From an uncultured Oscillospiraceae bacterium (GTDB lineage Bacteria; Bacillota; Clostridia; Oscillospirales; Oscillospiraceae), in NCBI GenBank assembly GCA_964629755.1, contig CAZVSJ010000001.1:6817-70816 (forward strand): a stretch of 64,000 nt of DNA, read 5' to 3'. Positions within the stretch are counted from its first letter, which is position 1. Each line of letters starts with the position of its first letter. A program made the translations under genes and the position numbers. This document shows positions 62,771 to 64,000 of this stretch, in pieces. Under the pieces are notes generated by a model that saw only the letters and a list, made by a program, of their open reading frames with translations, was not told the origin of the DNA and did no database searches.

Positions 62771-64000
62771 TCAGCCCCACATGGCGGAAAGCGCCGGGAT
62801 AACCTGCTTTTTCCGCGACATAACGTGCGGCAGGAAGACCACATTGTTCTTCGCGTCGGGCGAAAACGCCATGCGGATGGCGTCCTCGTCGCCCAGATAG
62901 ATGAGCTGCGTGCCCTCGAGCAGGACGTCCGTGAGCATGAGAAGCATCAGGCTGTAGTCCTTCTCCTTGCGCGTTTTCTCCATCTCCGCGAGGAATTCGT
63001 CCTTGCGGCTCAGGATGTGCTCGGAGTTGACGCAGGTGATCTGGCCGACGCCGAGGTTGTGTCCTGCGATGTGGAAGTCCTTGAAGTCCGTGAACATCAG
63101 GTCGCGGGCGGGCTTGTCGTCCGACCACGACGCGGAGAAGATCTCCTGCCCCAGCTCGTCGAGGGAGACGTTCGCAATGCGCGCCATGCGCTCGGCCATG
63201 TTGCGGTCGCGCTGGGTGCAGGTGGGCGATTTGAACATGACCGTGTCAGAGACGATCGCCGCCGCCATCATACCGGCGAGCTTTTCCGACGGCATGAGGC
63301 CCTTTTCCTGATACATCCCGGCGATGATCGTCGTCGTGCTGCCGACCGGCTCGTTGCGGAAATAGATCGGGTTGCCCGTCTGGATGTCCGCAAGGCGGTG
63401 ATGGTCGATGATCTCCAGAATTTCCGCCTGCTCCAGACCGGGGACGGACTGCGCGGCCTCGTTGTGGTCGACGAGGACGACGCGCTTTCTGCGCGGACGG
63501 ATCAAATGATAGCGCGAGAGCGTGCCGACGACGCGCTCGTTCTCGTCAAGGATGGGATAGCAGCGGAAGCGGCTTTTAAGCATTCCCTCGCGGACGTCAT
63601 CGACGAAGTCGTCGAGGTGGAAGCACTCGATGTTGTCCGTGCGGCAGATGCGGCGGATGGGCAACGACTGATAGATCAGACGCACGGCGCGGTAGGCGTC
63701 GAAGGGTGTGGAGATGATGCAGGTATCGGTCGGCAGGGTGCGCAGCTCCTCGTCCAGCTCCGCCTGACAGACGATCACGCAATTCACGCCGATCGCAATG
63801 GCTCTGCGCACCATGTCCGGCTGGTGGCCGACGACGACAATGCTGTCCTTGCCGGAAAAGAGCAGGTTTTCGCAGCTCTGCGGCAGGGCGATGGTCACGT
63901 CGCCCGTGACGGTGTCGATGAGGTTGCCGGCCTCGTTAAGGATACGGCCCTCCAGAACGCTGAGCAGGTTGAACACAGGGACCTCGTCGATGTGCGGCCG
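62771..64000 (-). CDS. ppaC: Mn-dependent family II inorganic pyrophosphatase with DRTGG/CBS domains (5' end outside window)
   Basis: LVDHNE, IIDHH, PVGST, SDT, DFK, SRKKQ; CBS and DRTGG-like regions upstream. Confidence 0.93.
   Translation of the reverse strand, partial: RPHIDEVPVFNLLSVLEGRILNEAGNLIDTVTGDVTIALPQSCENLLFSGKDSIVVVGHQPDMVRRAIAIGVNCVIVCQAELDEELRTLPTDTCIISTPFDAYRAVRLIYQSLPIRRICRTDNIECFHLDDFVDDVREGMLKSRFRCYPILDENERVVGTLSRYHLIRPRRKRVVLVDHNEAAQSVPGLEQAEILEIIDHHRLADIQTGNPIYFRNEPVGSTTTIIAGMYQEKGLMPSEKLAGMMAAAIVSDTVMFKSPTCTQRDRNMAERMARIANVSLDELGQEIFSASWSDDKPARDLMFTDFKDFHIAGHNLGVGQITCVNSEHILSRKDEFLAEMEKTRKEKDYSLMLLMLTDVLLEGTQLIYLGDEDAIRMAFSPDAKNNVVFLPHVMSRKKQVIPALSAMWG

Noticed and set aside
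62510-62900. Short ORFs within the murI-ppaC spacer as a possible transposase or toxin
   Set aside because: No RBS, no DDE/HUH motifs; better explained as a non-coding MITE-like element
1-64000. tRNA, rRNA, prophage or integrase genes
   Set aside because: No cloverleaf/T-loop signatures, rRNA-like stretches or phage/integrase motifs were recognised by eye; a tRNAscan/Infernal run would be needed to exclude them fully

Overview
GC-rich chromosomal window from a Firmicute, most likely Clostridia of the Oscillospiraceae/Ruminococcaceae type (inferred from gene content, SLH proteins and sporulation-type promoter motifs). Most of it is housekeeping: rpmG-secE-nusG-rplK-rplA, rplJ-rplL, infC-rpmI-rplT, tsaE-tsaB-upp, lgt, prmA, mutY, murI, a CBS-type PPase, two feoAB systems, a large SLH-anchored GH13 amylopullulanase and a cobalamin-riboswitch-controlled ECF importer. 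No rRNA, tRNA, CRISPR array, prophage or transposase gene was seen. The most unusual element is a translationally coupled three-gene operon at 46118-52959. It encodes a 1535-aa protein (HD hydrolase, long helical region, NadD-like nucleotidyltransferase, GNAT-like domain, type I PRTase), an LDH/MDH-like protein with a remodelled active site, and a tandem flavodoxin/Fe-S flavoprotein. It is flanked by an ACT-less aspartokinase and a DUF362 Fe-S protein, and I cannot assign it to any characterised pathway. Also notable are candidate structured leader RNAs (before a PII-like/CPA2 pair, an NCS2 permease and rpmG), an atypical cobalamin riboswitch, and a MITE-like element between two copies of a terminator. 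All annotations come from reading motifs by eye; no database searches were run.
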